Positions 54,776 to 63,669 of a stretch of DNA of 64,000 nt are shown here, piece after piece. How positions within the stretch are numbered: position 1 is the stretch's first letter; each line of letters starts with the position of its first letter. A program made the translations under genes and the position numbers. The stretch lies in the IMG/VR virus record IMGVR_UViG_3300017991_000048, positions 1-64,000 of that record. One strand, given 5' to 3'. Below the pieces are notes generated by a model that had not been told where the DNA came from, did no database searches, and saw nothing but the letters and a program-made list of their open reading frames with translations.

Positions 54776-55042
54776 ATGAAATTAGATGCACCTAAAACCG
54801 TAAAGTTCGCCGGTATCGAGAGAAAAGTCAAAGTACACAGGGGCTTTGCCCGTCTCAGACCTGGGATTGACGTGATAGTGCTCACAAGCGGCAGGTACTA
54901 CGCCATGGAGAGGCACCAGACCGACTCTGCCTTTACGGGCACAGGCGATACCTTCCAGGAAGCTGTATCCAACCTGGAAGCCAATGCACTATCCAAGTTC
55001 AAGGCTTTGGGCAAGATGCTAAATTATGATGTGGAGAAATGA
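54776..55042 (+). CDS. P.T.KF.G.ERKV family protein
   Basis: GDTFQEAVSNLE...LG..LNYDVE. Confidence 0.75.
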   Translation: MKLDAPKTVKFAGIERKVKVHRGFARLRPGIDVIVLTSGRYYAMERHQTDSAFTGTGDTFQEAVSNLEANALSKFKALGKMLNYDVEK

Positions 55043-55326
55043 CCAAAATCATACTCACAAGCGAAAGCACACCTGTCATTGACCGGGAAGGCGAGACCCC
55101 TCCTGGCACTTTGATTGTGTGCAAGACCAATAACCCGGATTCTATCAAGCGGGGGTTATATTGGCGTGTGGTACAGGTGCATTCCCAGATGGGTGTTGAC
55201 CTTCAGGGACGCTTTGCCACCAAAACGTCTGCCATAGCTTATACGGATAAAATGACAAACGGATCACCTATGACTGTTGTCCCTGAAACCACCAAAACCC
55301 TTTGGGACCATCTGCGATGCCAATAA
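55039..55326 (+). CDS. Module A alone with LWDHL tag
   Basis: TPPGTLIVCKTNNP...RGLYWRVV; ends TLWDHLRCQ. Confidence 0.8.
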   Translation: MTKIILTSESTPVIDREGETPPGTLIVCKTNNPDSIKRGLYWRVVQVHSQMGVDLQGRFATKTSAIAYTDKMTNGSPMTVVPETTKTLWDHLRCQ

Positions 55327-55928
55327 GAAGAATTGACACACCGGAACAGCTACTAGAAGAAATCAGTCGCTTTTTCCGATCAAACGCCTCGGTAAGCAGG
55401 GTTGACGCTGCTTACACCTTGCGGCAACTGGCCAAGCGTATCAACCCGCCTGACGTCAACTCTTCTGAACCCCTTGACCCCAAACCTGAAGCAGTCCCAA
55501 TTGACGGCCTCAATAGAATCCACGGTATGGTCAAAGACCAAACAAAATCCATTAGAGAGCTACGCAACGCTCTTTTCCGAAGAAACAAAGAGGATCTAAA
55601 GACAAGCGACACGGGAAAGGCTTTGATCCGTGAAATGCGTGATCGTAGGGCCAGATATCCAAATGAGCCAACTCTTTACGAAACACCCCTCAGAGAGCTA
55701 CTTCAATACGAACTTGACTGTCTTCTGAAGGGCGCTTGGCATACGAAAAAAGACACCCTGGCTTATATCAAGCTAAACTATAACGTTACCGCCGACTTCA
55801 AAGAGGCGGTTGACTTCAAAAAGAACATCGATGCTCTCTGGGATCAGTTTGAAACCGAATGGATTGAAGACCATGGCGGCAAATCCACCCTTTGGGACCA
55901 TTTAGAAAAGGACGCCACAAATGACTGA
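55317..55928 (+). CDS. Leader-module plus helical-domain paralog with LWDHL tag
   Basis: RIDTPEQLLEEI...SR..AAYTLRQLAKRI resembles MEKIANPQELA leader; KKNIDALW; STLWDHL. Confidence 0.8.
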   Translation: MPIRRIDTPEQLLEEISRFFRSNASVSRVDAAYTLRQLAKRINPPDVNSSEPLDPKPEAVPIDGLNRIHGMVKDQTKSIRELRNALFRRNKEDLKTSDTGKALIREMRDRRARYPNEPTLYETPLRELLQYELDCLLKGAWHTKKDTLAYIKLNYNVTADFKEAVDFKKNIDALWDQFETEWIEDHGGKSTLWDHLEKDATND

Positions 55929-56330
55929 ACTGGCAGACATCGGTGGTATCTTTGCCCTTCTAGCTCTCTGGCATTTCATTGCTGACTGGCTGTTCCAATC
56001 TCACTATACGGCGGTCAATAAGTCTGCCAGACCCTTGATCCGGGCGTGGCACTCATTCGCCTATGCGGTGTACTTCTTTCCCCTCGTGTTCTTTGTTCCC
56101 ATTCTAACCGGAACCCTGCTACTCTTGTGGCTTTTCAGTTCCCATTACTTCATCGATTCTTACTACCCTCTCTACTGGTGGGCCAAGTACCAACGGAAGA
56201 TGCCAGAACCTAACAATCCCAGACAACTTGAGGCTTGGGTAGCCTCACCGTCAACCCTGTTCTGTTTATTACGGTTGACCAAATTTTTCACCTCATCTGC
56301 CTCTTACCTTTGGCGTGGCTCGTAAGATGA
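55921..56330 (+). CDS. DUF3307-like membrane protein, 1-nt deletion near 56258
   Basis: HFIADWLFQS, HSFAY, SHYFIDSY; DQIFH motif appears in the shifted frame. Confidence 0.75.
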
Positions 56331-56572
56331 ACACCTATATCTTCCCCTCAGACACCCGTGTACTGGTCGTTATGGCTGAAACGATAGAAGTGGCCGTTTC
56401 CATATTACAGCCGACGCAGTTGGAAATAAATAAGGTCGTGGTCCTATCTGACAGTAATACCACTGTGGAGATTTCATGGACCGATAAAAAGGCTCATATG
56501 GTCAAAAGGACCGGACCGCAGGAGCAGATCCGGGTTTTATGGGATCACCTGAAAAGTGATAATGAGGATTAG
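56327..56572 (+). CDS. Small protein with LWDHL tag
   Basis: Ends VLWDHLKSDNED. Confidence 0.75.
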   Translation: MNTYIFPSDTRVLVVMAETIEVAVSILQPTQLEINKVVVLSDSNTTVEISWTDKKAHMVKRTGPQEQIRVLWDHLKSDNED

Positions 56573-56573
56573 T

Positions 56574-56804
56574 ATGGACCCCACAGAATGTCTTTTGGAA
56601 TTACTCAAGGCTTGCAAAGAGAAACGAACTATAGATGCCAGAGATCAAGCCAAGGCCCTGTATGAGCACCTACTGAGAAGCGGAGCCGTGCCTGACTCCG
56701 ACCGTGCTGTCATTGACTATGCAGACACCTATCTTCCAGAGAAGACCCCCTCAGAGGAACGTGAAGCGTTTATGGCGGCTCTCAACTTCATGGACGAAAA
56801 GTGA
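56574..56804 (+). CDS. Small hypothetical protein
   Basis: MDPTECLLEL... in operon. Confidence 0.65.
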   Translation: MDPTECLLELLKACKEKRTIDARDQAKALYEHLLRSGAVPDSDRAVIDYADTYLPEKTPSEEREAFMAALNFMDEK

Positions 56805-57540
56805 ATGGCCAAACTCGTAGTCACAGACGAACCCTCAGTTGTAATTGACCGGGAAGGGCTCACCCCAACGGGTACTCTGATTGTATGTAGAACCAATAAC
56901 CCCAATGCCTTCGACAGAGGGTTGTATTGGCGTGTGGTCAAAGTGGCAAAAACCGGAGTTGACGATATAGGCCAGTTCGCCACCAAACAGTCTGCATTGG
57001 ATTATGCTGAAAAGGTGGTGGAACCAGAAGTAATTAGGATTTTTGGGATCGAATTTACCCCTAGCGATGATATTGAGGCGGATGACAATGTTTATACTTC
57101 TGATCTTGTTCTTTGGGATTGGGTCGAGGTTTACTATCAACGATTGGGTGATGCGTTCCAGGTAGGCATCCGAACGGGCCTTAGAGGTTTGGGGCTGGCT
57201 GGCACTGGCCCTCATTTGAAGGCGGCTGTGCATGACTTGGAACGGCACATTGAGGGTATCCTGAATCTCTGCCTGCAACTCGTCAATACCAAGCCTGAGA
57301 AGTTTAATGAGACGCAAGTTTATCTCGAACGGATAGTCAAGCTTAGGGCCACGGTTCAAGAACAAATAGAGACGGAACAAAAATGGGAGTTTGAAGTATA
57401 TTGGCGACATCTATCGTGACGCCTATCCGAAAGGCTGCGATACGGCGTACCAGTATAAGCAAGACATTGATGCCGTTTGGGAACGTATCCAGCGCGATTA
57501 TGACCAGGGCGGCTCAACTCTTTGGGACCATTTAAAGTGA
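56805..57540 (+). CDS. Modules A+B plus helical tail with LWDHL tag, frameshift near 57392
   Basis: ORF 56805..57419 continues out of frame LKYIGDIY...KQDIDAVW...STLWDHLK*. Confidence 0.7.
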
Positions 57541-57923
57541 TTCAAACGATTAAAACACACCCCAAGACCTGTCCCATCACCAACGTGATCCACACGTCTG
57601 GAAACTTGGAGCAAATTTTCATTCATAATGAGCAGTACAGCGCCCTTTGTGAGACTCATTACCGGCTCGGACTCAAGCCGGTAGACTTTATGAAAACCGT
57701 TTTCGGACGTCAGACCTATTGCATGACCACTTTTCGCCGGTACTGGGTCTGGGAATTTGATACACACCGTGTCTATGCCAATAACCAAAAGGGCATAGTC
57801 TTTGAAGTCCCTCTCAATTCCAAGGGACGCAAGCCCCAACTTAAGCAAGCTCTTCAGGCATGGTGTGGGTTTTATCGCACCGTCGTTAGAACCGGACGAA
57901 AGATTGAGAAGCGACATGGCTAA
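57537..57923 (+). CDS. Hypothetical protein
   Basis: GTGA overlap with upstream stop. Confidence 0.65.
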   Translation: MIQTIKTHPKTCPITNVIHTSGNLEQIFIHNEQYSALCETHYRLGLKPVDFMKTVFGRQTYCMTTFRRYWVWEFDTHRVYANNQKGIVFEVPLNSKGRKPQLKQALQAWCGFYRTVVRTGRKIEKRHG

Positions 57924-58452
57924 GACTTTTACAGAGTTTGCATCTTACACTCTGGGCTCGCACCCGACCGCTGTTTGTGCCCGTTGCGACAAGAGATACC
58001 ACGAGGAACCCCGTCGTCTTTGCCCTCATTGTGAACAGGAGTATTCTCAGAGGTATCGCCCCTACTTCTCTGAAGGCCATATACGGCAAATTCTGAACCT
58101 CGAACACCAAATCACTGAGTATAAGGAACTCGTTACTCGTTATGAAAACCTCTGTCTGGAAGCGACTAACGCCTTGCGGTTCCGTCGCATCAGAACCGGA
58201 CCCGAACATAGCAATTCATACCACGCCTTAGATCACGAGGTGCGTCTGTTGACAGGGGGTAGGGACTGGAAGCCTTCCACAGTATTCACAAATCAAGTCG
58301 TCAGAGGCTACTATGAAAAAGCCGAAACCGCTGATGAGAGCTTTAACCTCAAGAAACATCTTGATGCCATTTGGGAAGAGGCACATTCTAACAAGTGGTT
58401 CTCATCCGTCAAAAGCTTTTGGGATCATTTAAAGGGAGCAAAGAATGGCTAG
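57916..58452 (+). CDS. Zn-ribbon helical-domain paralog with FWDHL tag
   Basis: CARC..CPHC; LRFRR; KKHLDAIW. Confidence 0.8.
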   Translation: MAKTFTEFASYTLGSHPTAVCARCDKRYHEEPRRLCPHCEQEYSQRYRPYFSEGHIRQILNLEHQITEYKELVTRYENLCLEATNALRFRRIRTGPEHSNSYHALDHEVRLLTGGRDWKPSTVFTNQVVRGYYEKAETADESFNLKKHLDAIWEEAHSNKWFSSVKSFWDHLKGAKNG

Positions 58453-58969
58453 AACGGACCCGGAATGGTCAAACTCACGATCCCGGCGTTATGAAACCGT
58501 GCTTGCCGTTTGCTCTATATGTCGCAGAGAGTATCACAAACACTACTATCCCAAGGGCTGCCCCGACTGCACTGATCCTGTTTATCCTTACGCTTTTCCC
58601 CCGGTAGAGCCAGACGTACTAAAAATGGTCCAGATGCGTGGAGAACTTAATCGTTGTCACCAACAGATGACCCGGTATGAGGAACTTTGTCAGGAAGCTA
58701 CCGATTCTTTACGCCGTCGCCGTGTTTTGGAGGGAGAAAAACACAAAGATACCTGCCAAGCCTTGCTTGATGAGTTGCGTATCCTTGACGATGATGACTG
58801 GACCCCGACCACGGGATTTGTATACCGTGTCGTCGCACGATACTACGACAGAGCCAGCACCCCCAAGGAAGGCTTCCATTTGAGAAAACAGCTTGAGGGT
58901 ATTTACGAAAATGCCCGTGATAAGTGGGTATTGTCTGTCAAAAACTTCTGGGACCATTTGAGAAAATGA
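58445..58969 (+). CDS. Zn-ribbon helical-domain paralog with FWDHL tag
   Basis: Close paralog of 57916. Confidence 0.8.
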   Translation: MARTDPEWSNSRSRRYETVLAVCSICRREYHKHYYPKGCPDCTDPVYPYAFPPVEPDVLKMVQMRGELNRCHQQMTRYEELCQEATDSLRRRRVLEGEKHKDTCQALLDELRILDDDDWTPTTGFVYRVVARYYDRASTPKEGFHLRKQLEGIYENARDKWVLSVKNFWDHLRK

Positions 58970-59439
58970 CCGATAAGGATACAGAAAATAGACTCAGGCG
59001 TATCTGTCAGGAAATGGGGCACCCGAACCGGGAAGTTGCCAACCGGGAAGAAACGGAAGCTTTGCTTCGTACTATTGATTCACTCCGCAAGGACGAGTGT
59101 CCGTGTTGCAAAGACGGGGAACAGTTAGAATCTTATAAAGCCGTCTGCTGGTCGGCAATCACAGCTTTACAACAGAACCGCACCGGTCGAAAGCCCTTCC
59201 CCACGAACCACGCTGAATCCGTAAGAGAACTATATAATGAGATCGAACAGATGAGGCATCCCGATTGGGAGCCCCACCATACATATGTAAATGAAGTCGT
59301 TACCTCGTACTTTGAGGGAGCTACAACCTACGAGGAAGCTATTGAGCGTAAGAAGTTTCTAGATCGCATCTGGAATCAACAGCTTCAAAGCCATTGGACT
59401 TCTGATTACACCCTTTGGAGCGCCCTTAAAGATGGCTAG
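58966..59439 (+). CDS. Helical-domain paralog with LWSAL tag variant
   Basis: DWEP, KKFLDRIW, TLWSALKDG. Confidence 0.8.
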   Translation: MTDKDTENRLRRICQEMGHPNREVANREETEALLRTIDSLRKDECPCCKDGEQLESYKAVCWSAITALQQNRTGRKPFPTNHAESVRELYNEIEQMRHPDWEPHHTYVNEVVTSYFEGATTYEEAIERKKFLDRIWNQQLQSHWTSDYTLWSALKDG

Positions 59440-59444
59440 GTGCT

Positions 59445-60071
59445 ATGCTGATAATCTCAGATTCTGATACGATAAGCCTGCACCCGGTTATAACCCCAAC
59501 GGGCACCATAATTGTATGCAGGACCACTGATCGTGATATTGCTCAGAACGATAAGGGCTGGAGAGTAGTCCGGGTAAACGAGTTTGAAAACCTTGCTCAG
59601 TTAGGTCGGTACAGTACAAAAGAAGAGGCGGTAGAAGTCGGATTGGAGATAACTCGCAACCTAGTCCACACCACCGAGTCGGCCCGAATTGATGAACTTG
59701 AACGCAGGCTATCAGATCGTGATACCCGGCTTGACGCGCTCAATAAACACATAGCTAATTGGGAACGGACTGCCCAGGAACTCGTTAAGAGAATAAGGTC
59801 AAAAAGACAGGTCGTTTTTAGTGATGACCCTCCCCCCGTAAGACGGTCGCAACTCGATGAATTGCAGCGAGAGTGTGAGATCCTGGAAGAGGGCCACGCC
59901 TGGGAACCAATATTCTCTCAGATTACAGATTGGGTGTATAAAGCGTATTGTCAGAACTCATCGGAAGCGTATAGGTACAAGATATTACTCGACAGTATAT
60001 GGGATCAGTACCAAGAAGAATTAGCTAAACGCGGCGAGATATCGACTCTCTGGGATCATTTGAATGATTAG
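59445..60071 (+). CDS. Module A plus helical-domain paralog with LWDHL tag
   Basis: TPTGTIIVCRT..WRVV; KILLDSIW; STLWDHLND. Confidence 0.8.
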   Translation: MLIISDSDTISLHPVITPTGTIIVCRTTDRDIAQNDKGWRVVRVNEFENLAQLGRYSTKEEAVEVGLEITRNLVHTTESARIDELERRLSDRDTRLDALNKHIANWERTAQELVKRIRSKRQVVFSDDPPPVRRSQLDELQRECEILEEGHAWEPIFSQITDWVYKAYCQNSSEAYRYKILLDSIWDQYQEELAKRGEISTLWDHLND

Positions 60072-60729
60072 ACCCGAAAGTGTTAAGATCTTTGATGTTG
60101 AGTTCTCCAAGGAGGAGGGCTCCACACTCTATACTTCTGACTCTTTCGACGGGTGGGTCGAGGTTTGGGAAGTGCAGTATAAGATCGAGGTCAGTCTCCG
60201 CATCGAGAAACGTATCATCGGGTCTTCTGGGGATACCTTGGAAGAAGCGATCGAGAGCCTCGAAAACTTGGTAGAAAGGATTTGGGCTGGACTTCACAAG
60301 GTCGTCACCTCCAAATGGGGCTCTTCCAAACCTTATTTAGGTCGGATAGCCGAACTCGAAGGGAAAGTTAAATCACTTGAGGCTATGCTTTCGGGGTATC
60401 AAAGACGTGATACCGAGTGGCAAACTCTTGCCGACGATCTTTACAAGGCCATGCGAGCCAGGAGACAAGTAGTACCCGCTGACAATCGTGTGATATCAGA
60501 GTTTATCGAGCTTTTACGCAGAGAGTATGAGATTCTGTTAGACGGTGCCGCTTGGCAGCCGACTTTTACTCAGATTCAAGGGCAACTTGAGAACATCTAC
60601 CAATGTGACCCCGCGAGTGCCCCTGAACGTAAACGAGCGATAGACAGTGTTTGGGAGCTTGCTCAATTAAAGCTCGCTCTCGCTGGCTACCGCACAACCC
60701 TTTGGGAGCACTTGAACGGTGATAGTTGA
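60064..60729 (+). CDS. Module B plus helical-domain paralog with LWEHL tag
   Basis: VKIFDVEF..YTSD..WVEV, GDTLEEAIESLE; KRAIDSVW. Confidence 0.8.
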   Translation: MIRPESVKIFDVEFSKEEGSTLYTSDSFDGWVEVWEVQYKIEVSLRIEKRIIGSSGDTLEEAIESLENLVERIWAGLHKVVTSKWGSSKPYLGRIAELEGKVKSLEAMLSGYQRRDTEWQTLADDLYKAMRARRQVVPADNRVISEFIELLRREYEILLDGAAWQPTFTQIQGQLENIYQCDPASAPERKRAIDSVWELAQLKLALAGYRTTLWEHLNGDS

Positions 60730-60931
60730 TTGCTCATACGATGAAATCAACTACTGGTTTTACACGGTCTGGTTCCAGGAAAAACGGAGAGTGGTTCTCG
60801 GATACTGTGAGAACACAGACGGGAAGCATCCCATGGTTTATGTGGATGAAGAGTGGCTGGAACCAAGGGGCTGGATAGCCAGAACATTCGTCAACTGTAT
60901 TGGACGATACCTGAAGTGGGCACAATGCTAG
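60719..60931 (+). CDS. Small hypothetical protein
   Basis: Overlapping operon arrangement. Confidence 0.55.
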   Translation: MIVDCSYDEINYWFYTVWFQEKRRVVLGYCENTDGKHPMVYVDEEWLEPRGWIARTFVNCIGRYLKWAQC

Positions 60932-61305
60932 TTAGTATGGAGGATTTGATTATGAAAACCAAAAATGAGTCAGAACAAGATATCTTAAAGAGGAAGTACG
61001 GCAAGGTGTATGACCAGCTAATTAAAATGACAACTTTACTCCGATCCAGACGGGGCGAAAGGGAGTACGCCCCTGGCAACACTCCGTCAAATATCATTCA
61101 TAACACAATCGAGTGGGAGATAGATCAACTCAGAGGTGCCCCTAAAATTCCAGAGCTATTGAAATGGATAGAACAGTATTACAACTCACTCGATACTACT
61201 CAAGAGTTGATCGCCTTCAAACGGTTGCTTGACCGTCAGTGGGAAGAGCAATTGACAGAGAGCATGGGTAGCTCCAAGATTCTTTGGGATCATCTCACGG
61301 AGTAG
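60925..61305 (+). CDS. Helical-domain paralog with LWDHL tag
   Basis: LRSRR; KRLLDRQW; ILWDHLTE. Confidence 0.8.
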   Translation: MLVSMEDLIMKTKNESEQDILKRKYGKVYDQLIKMTTLLRSRRGEREYAPGNTPSNIIHNTIEWEIDQLRGAPKIPELLKWIEQYYNSLDTTQELIAFKRLLDRQWEEQLTESMGSSKILWDHLTE

Positions 61306-61311
61306 ATCGAA

Positions 61312-61815
61312 ATGCGACTGTTAGTTTTTGACGAAAAGTGTAGGTGTTCAAAAGGTTTTTTGATCCCTGTCAATACAGGCTTGCCTCAGCCATGCGATTG
61401 TCTTTCTGAGGCTGAATTTGACAAAGTAAAAGGCAAGCTGGAGCTTTGCGTCCAGTCGAGTTCCCCGTGGCGTGTTCTTGAATATCAGACCAAAGCTTTG
61501 GAAGATCAGCTTCGTACAATGCGTAACCAGCTTCGCAAGATTGTTAGGTTGCTTAGATTCAGGCGGGGTGTAGTTGACGCTGACTTTGATAAGGCGAGCA
61601 CTGATAGTTTGGCGCGGACTGAAATCCATGAGTTAGAACAGACTCCTGGATTTGCGGAAATACTAACGTCGTTGAATCGGTGTTATAAGAATGCCACGAC
61701 TGAAGATTTGACCCGGTATAAGCGCACCCTCGATGATCTTTGGGAAAAGTGGACAATAACACGCGGCTCTAAAGACCCAAAGGCACTATGGGACCATCTG
61801 CTCGACAACTCTTAG
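61312..61815 (+). CDS. Cys-motif helical-domain paralog with LWDHL tag
   Basis: CRC.KG...PCDC; LRFRR; KRTLDDLW. Confidence 0.8.
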   Translation: MRLLVFDEKCRCSKGFLIPVNTGLPQPCDCLSEAEFDKVKGKLELCVQSSSPWRVLEYQTKALEDQLRTMRNQLRKIVRLLRFRRGVVDADFDKASTDSLARTEIHELEQTPGFAEILTSLNRCYKNATTEDLTRYKRTLDDLWEKWTITRGSKDPKALWDHLLDNS

Positions 61816-62099
61816 GAATTTTTCAAGTGATCCCATAGTGTTATAATCTTGTCGCCGCACTCATCCTTGGCTATTATCATGTCACGAGAGCCGCCGACCG
61901 GGACACTTCCCCAGTGCGGCCAAGCGTGTTTGACTTCTCCCCCATATTTCATGCACAAATGGGGTGGTTTAGGCGACGGCATAGCCTTCTGTTCTGCTTC
62001 TGTCGGCTTCAGGTGTGGGCAGTCTGGTTTACATAATTTCGCCATGTTAGGCTCTGGGAAAGGCCATTTTAGGGGTAGAGGCGGGTAATGATACGCCAT
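61812..62099 (-). CDS. Cys/His-rich protein with LWDHL tag
   Basis: Paralog of 35389; GGTGTAATA box upstream. Confidence 0.8.
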   Translation of the reverse strand: MAYHYPPLPLKWPFPEPNMAKLCKPDCPHLKPTEAEQKAMPSPKPPHLCMKYGGEVKHAWPHWGSVPVGGSRDMIIAKDECGDKIITLWDHLKNS

Positions 62100-62177
62100 G
62101 TCTAATATATTACACCATCATTTGTGGTTTTTACACCAATTCCTTGCCGTTCGGTGTAACAGTTGATAATATCACCT

Positions 62178-62678
62178 ATGCCCCAATGTAGACAATGCCG
62201 CTGTGTTTACACCCACAAGGGTGTGACTTTTCTCGGACCAAATAGTAACATTCATTGGTGCTCATGGGTCTGTTATAACCTAGCCAGAGCCAACGCCGTC
62301 ACCGAAAAGTGTGACGAATGCGGTAAGCATCTTCATAAGGGGCCTGCTTACATTTGCGAGACTCTCACAGGTGGTAATTACTTCCGGTGTGAGGCGTGTT
62401 ATTCAGTTGCCGATCCAAACGAAATCCCGGAAGTCAAATGTTTTCGCGATCGAATGGTTCATGTGCGAATTAATGACAATGAGATGTTTTTCCGTTGCGA
62501 TTCGTGCAACGGTTACGCCCCTCTTGAACGCCCTGTTTACTTTAGTCTCTACAACCATGGAACCTATTGTAGCCCTGTCTGTAGTCACAATAGTCATGGC
62601 AAACAAGACCCTGAATCCGACAAGGATCTTTGGGGCCACCTAACAAAGGAGCCTGAACAATGTCAGAAGAAGAGTTAG
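62178..62678 (+). CDS. Multi-Zn-finger protein with LWGHL tag
   Basis: Paralog of 51712; WCSWVC, YCSPVC. Confidence 0.75.
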   Translation: MPQCRQCRCVYTHKGVTFLGPNSNIHWCSWVCYNLARANAVTEKCDECGKHLHKGPAYICETLTGGNYFRCEACYSVADPNEIPEVKCFRDRMVHVRINDNEMFFRCDSCNGYAPLERPVYFSLYNHGTYCSPVCSHNSHGKQDPESDKDLWGHLTKEPEQCQKKS

Positions 62679-62896
62679 AACCTTTTAAGTTAGGGCCTAC
62701 CGGCGAGCACCCCAAGGGCAAGCTGCACGAAACTGATGAGGGTGAGATCCGATTGGGTGTAGCAAGCTATAAGGGCAATGTGGTTATCAACTTTGCGACA
62801 CCTGTAGCTTGGCTCGCCATGACTCCTGCTGAGGCGATCCAGTTCGCTGAGGTGGTCAAGAACTGTGCCGTAAATATGAAGACACCGGAGAAGTGA
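62660..62896 (+). CDS. Small phage protein
   Basis: G.TG.HP.GKL.E.DEGEI.LGV pattern; RBS AAGGAG. Confidence 0.75.
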   Translation: MSEEELEPFKLGPTGEHPKGKLHETDEGEIRLGVASYKGNVVINFATPVAWLAMTPAEAIQFAEVVKNCAVNMKTPEK

Positions 62897-63084
62897 TGGA
62901 TCATTTGCTAGCTCGAATAGGCACTATCGCTGTGCCAATAATTGGTGTTGCACTGTTATTGGTTGCTGGTTCCCTCGTTATGAAGATGTTTGGGCTGGCT
63001 CTTATGATGAGCATGTACTTTGCCGTTTATGAGATGGGCAAATATGACGGTATAAAACGGGCGGGACAGAGAAAAGGCGGTTGA
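62893..63084 (+). CDS. Small membrane protein
   Basis: Long hydrophobic stretch. Confidence 0.65.
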   Translation: MMDHLLARIGTIAVPIIGVALLLVAGSLVMKMFGLALMMSMYFAVYEMGKYDGIKRAGQRKGG

Positions 63085-63088
63085 CTGT

Positions 63089-63667
63089 ATGCCGTCAAAA
63101 AAGACCAAAGTAATAGTTCAAAAGACAGGTTCGACAAGCATTGGCTTTGGCAGCGCCCTGACCCTTATACTCATCACACTCAAGCTGACGGGCCACATTG
63201 ACTGGTCTTGGATTTGGGTTCTGTTTCCGTTTTGGCTCCCTGTAGCAGCCATGATCGGTCTGGCGTTAGGGGCCATTCTGATGGTTGCCCTGTTCGGTAC
63301 TGGCTTCATGGTGGTTGAGTTCTTCACAGAGCGACATGCCAAGAAAAAGCAAGACTCGCATGAACGATTGCATAGACAATTGCATGAGCAAAGACTAGAA
63401 ACCGAGAGGACGGCTCGACAACGGCACCAACGTTCACACGAGCGAAGGCTAGAGTACCCTTTACTCCGTGAAAGGGTACGAGGATTGAGAGCGGCACATG
63501 ATCTAGCCTTGTCTTTTTCTGGCGTTGAAGCTGATCTTGAAGCTGAGGAACAAAGGCTTGAGGCTGAGATACAAGAGCTTGAATCTCGTCTACAGGAAAA
63601 GAGTGACCCGCCAGAGGACAAACCGACAGAACCCGAACAGACTTTATGGGATCACCTGAAGGATTAA
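63089..63667 (+). CDS. Membrane protein with coiled coil and LWDHL tag
   Basis: LITLKLTGHIDWSWIWVLFPFW TM hairpin, coiled coil, TLWDHLKD. Confidence 0.8.
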   Translation: MPSKKTKVIVQKTGSTSIGFGSALTLILITLKLTGHIDWSWIWVLFPFWLPVAAMIGLALGAILMVALFGTGFMVVEFFTERHAKKKQDSHERLHRQLHEQRLETERTARQRHQRSHERRLEYPLLRERVRGLRAAHDLALSFSGVEADLEAEEQRLEAEIQELESRLQEKSDPPEDKPTEPEQTLWDHLKD

Positions 63668-63669
63668 TC

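Noticed and set aside
48914-57540. Programmed frameshifting to switch the tag on and off (49146, 50394, 57392)
   Set aside because: No common slippery heptamer or stimulator, and identical-looking breaks disrupt untagged genes (DUF3307-like 55921, 47090, 33807). Indel error is more parsimonious.
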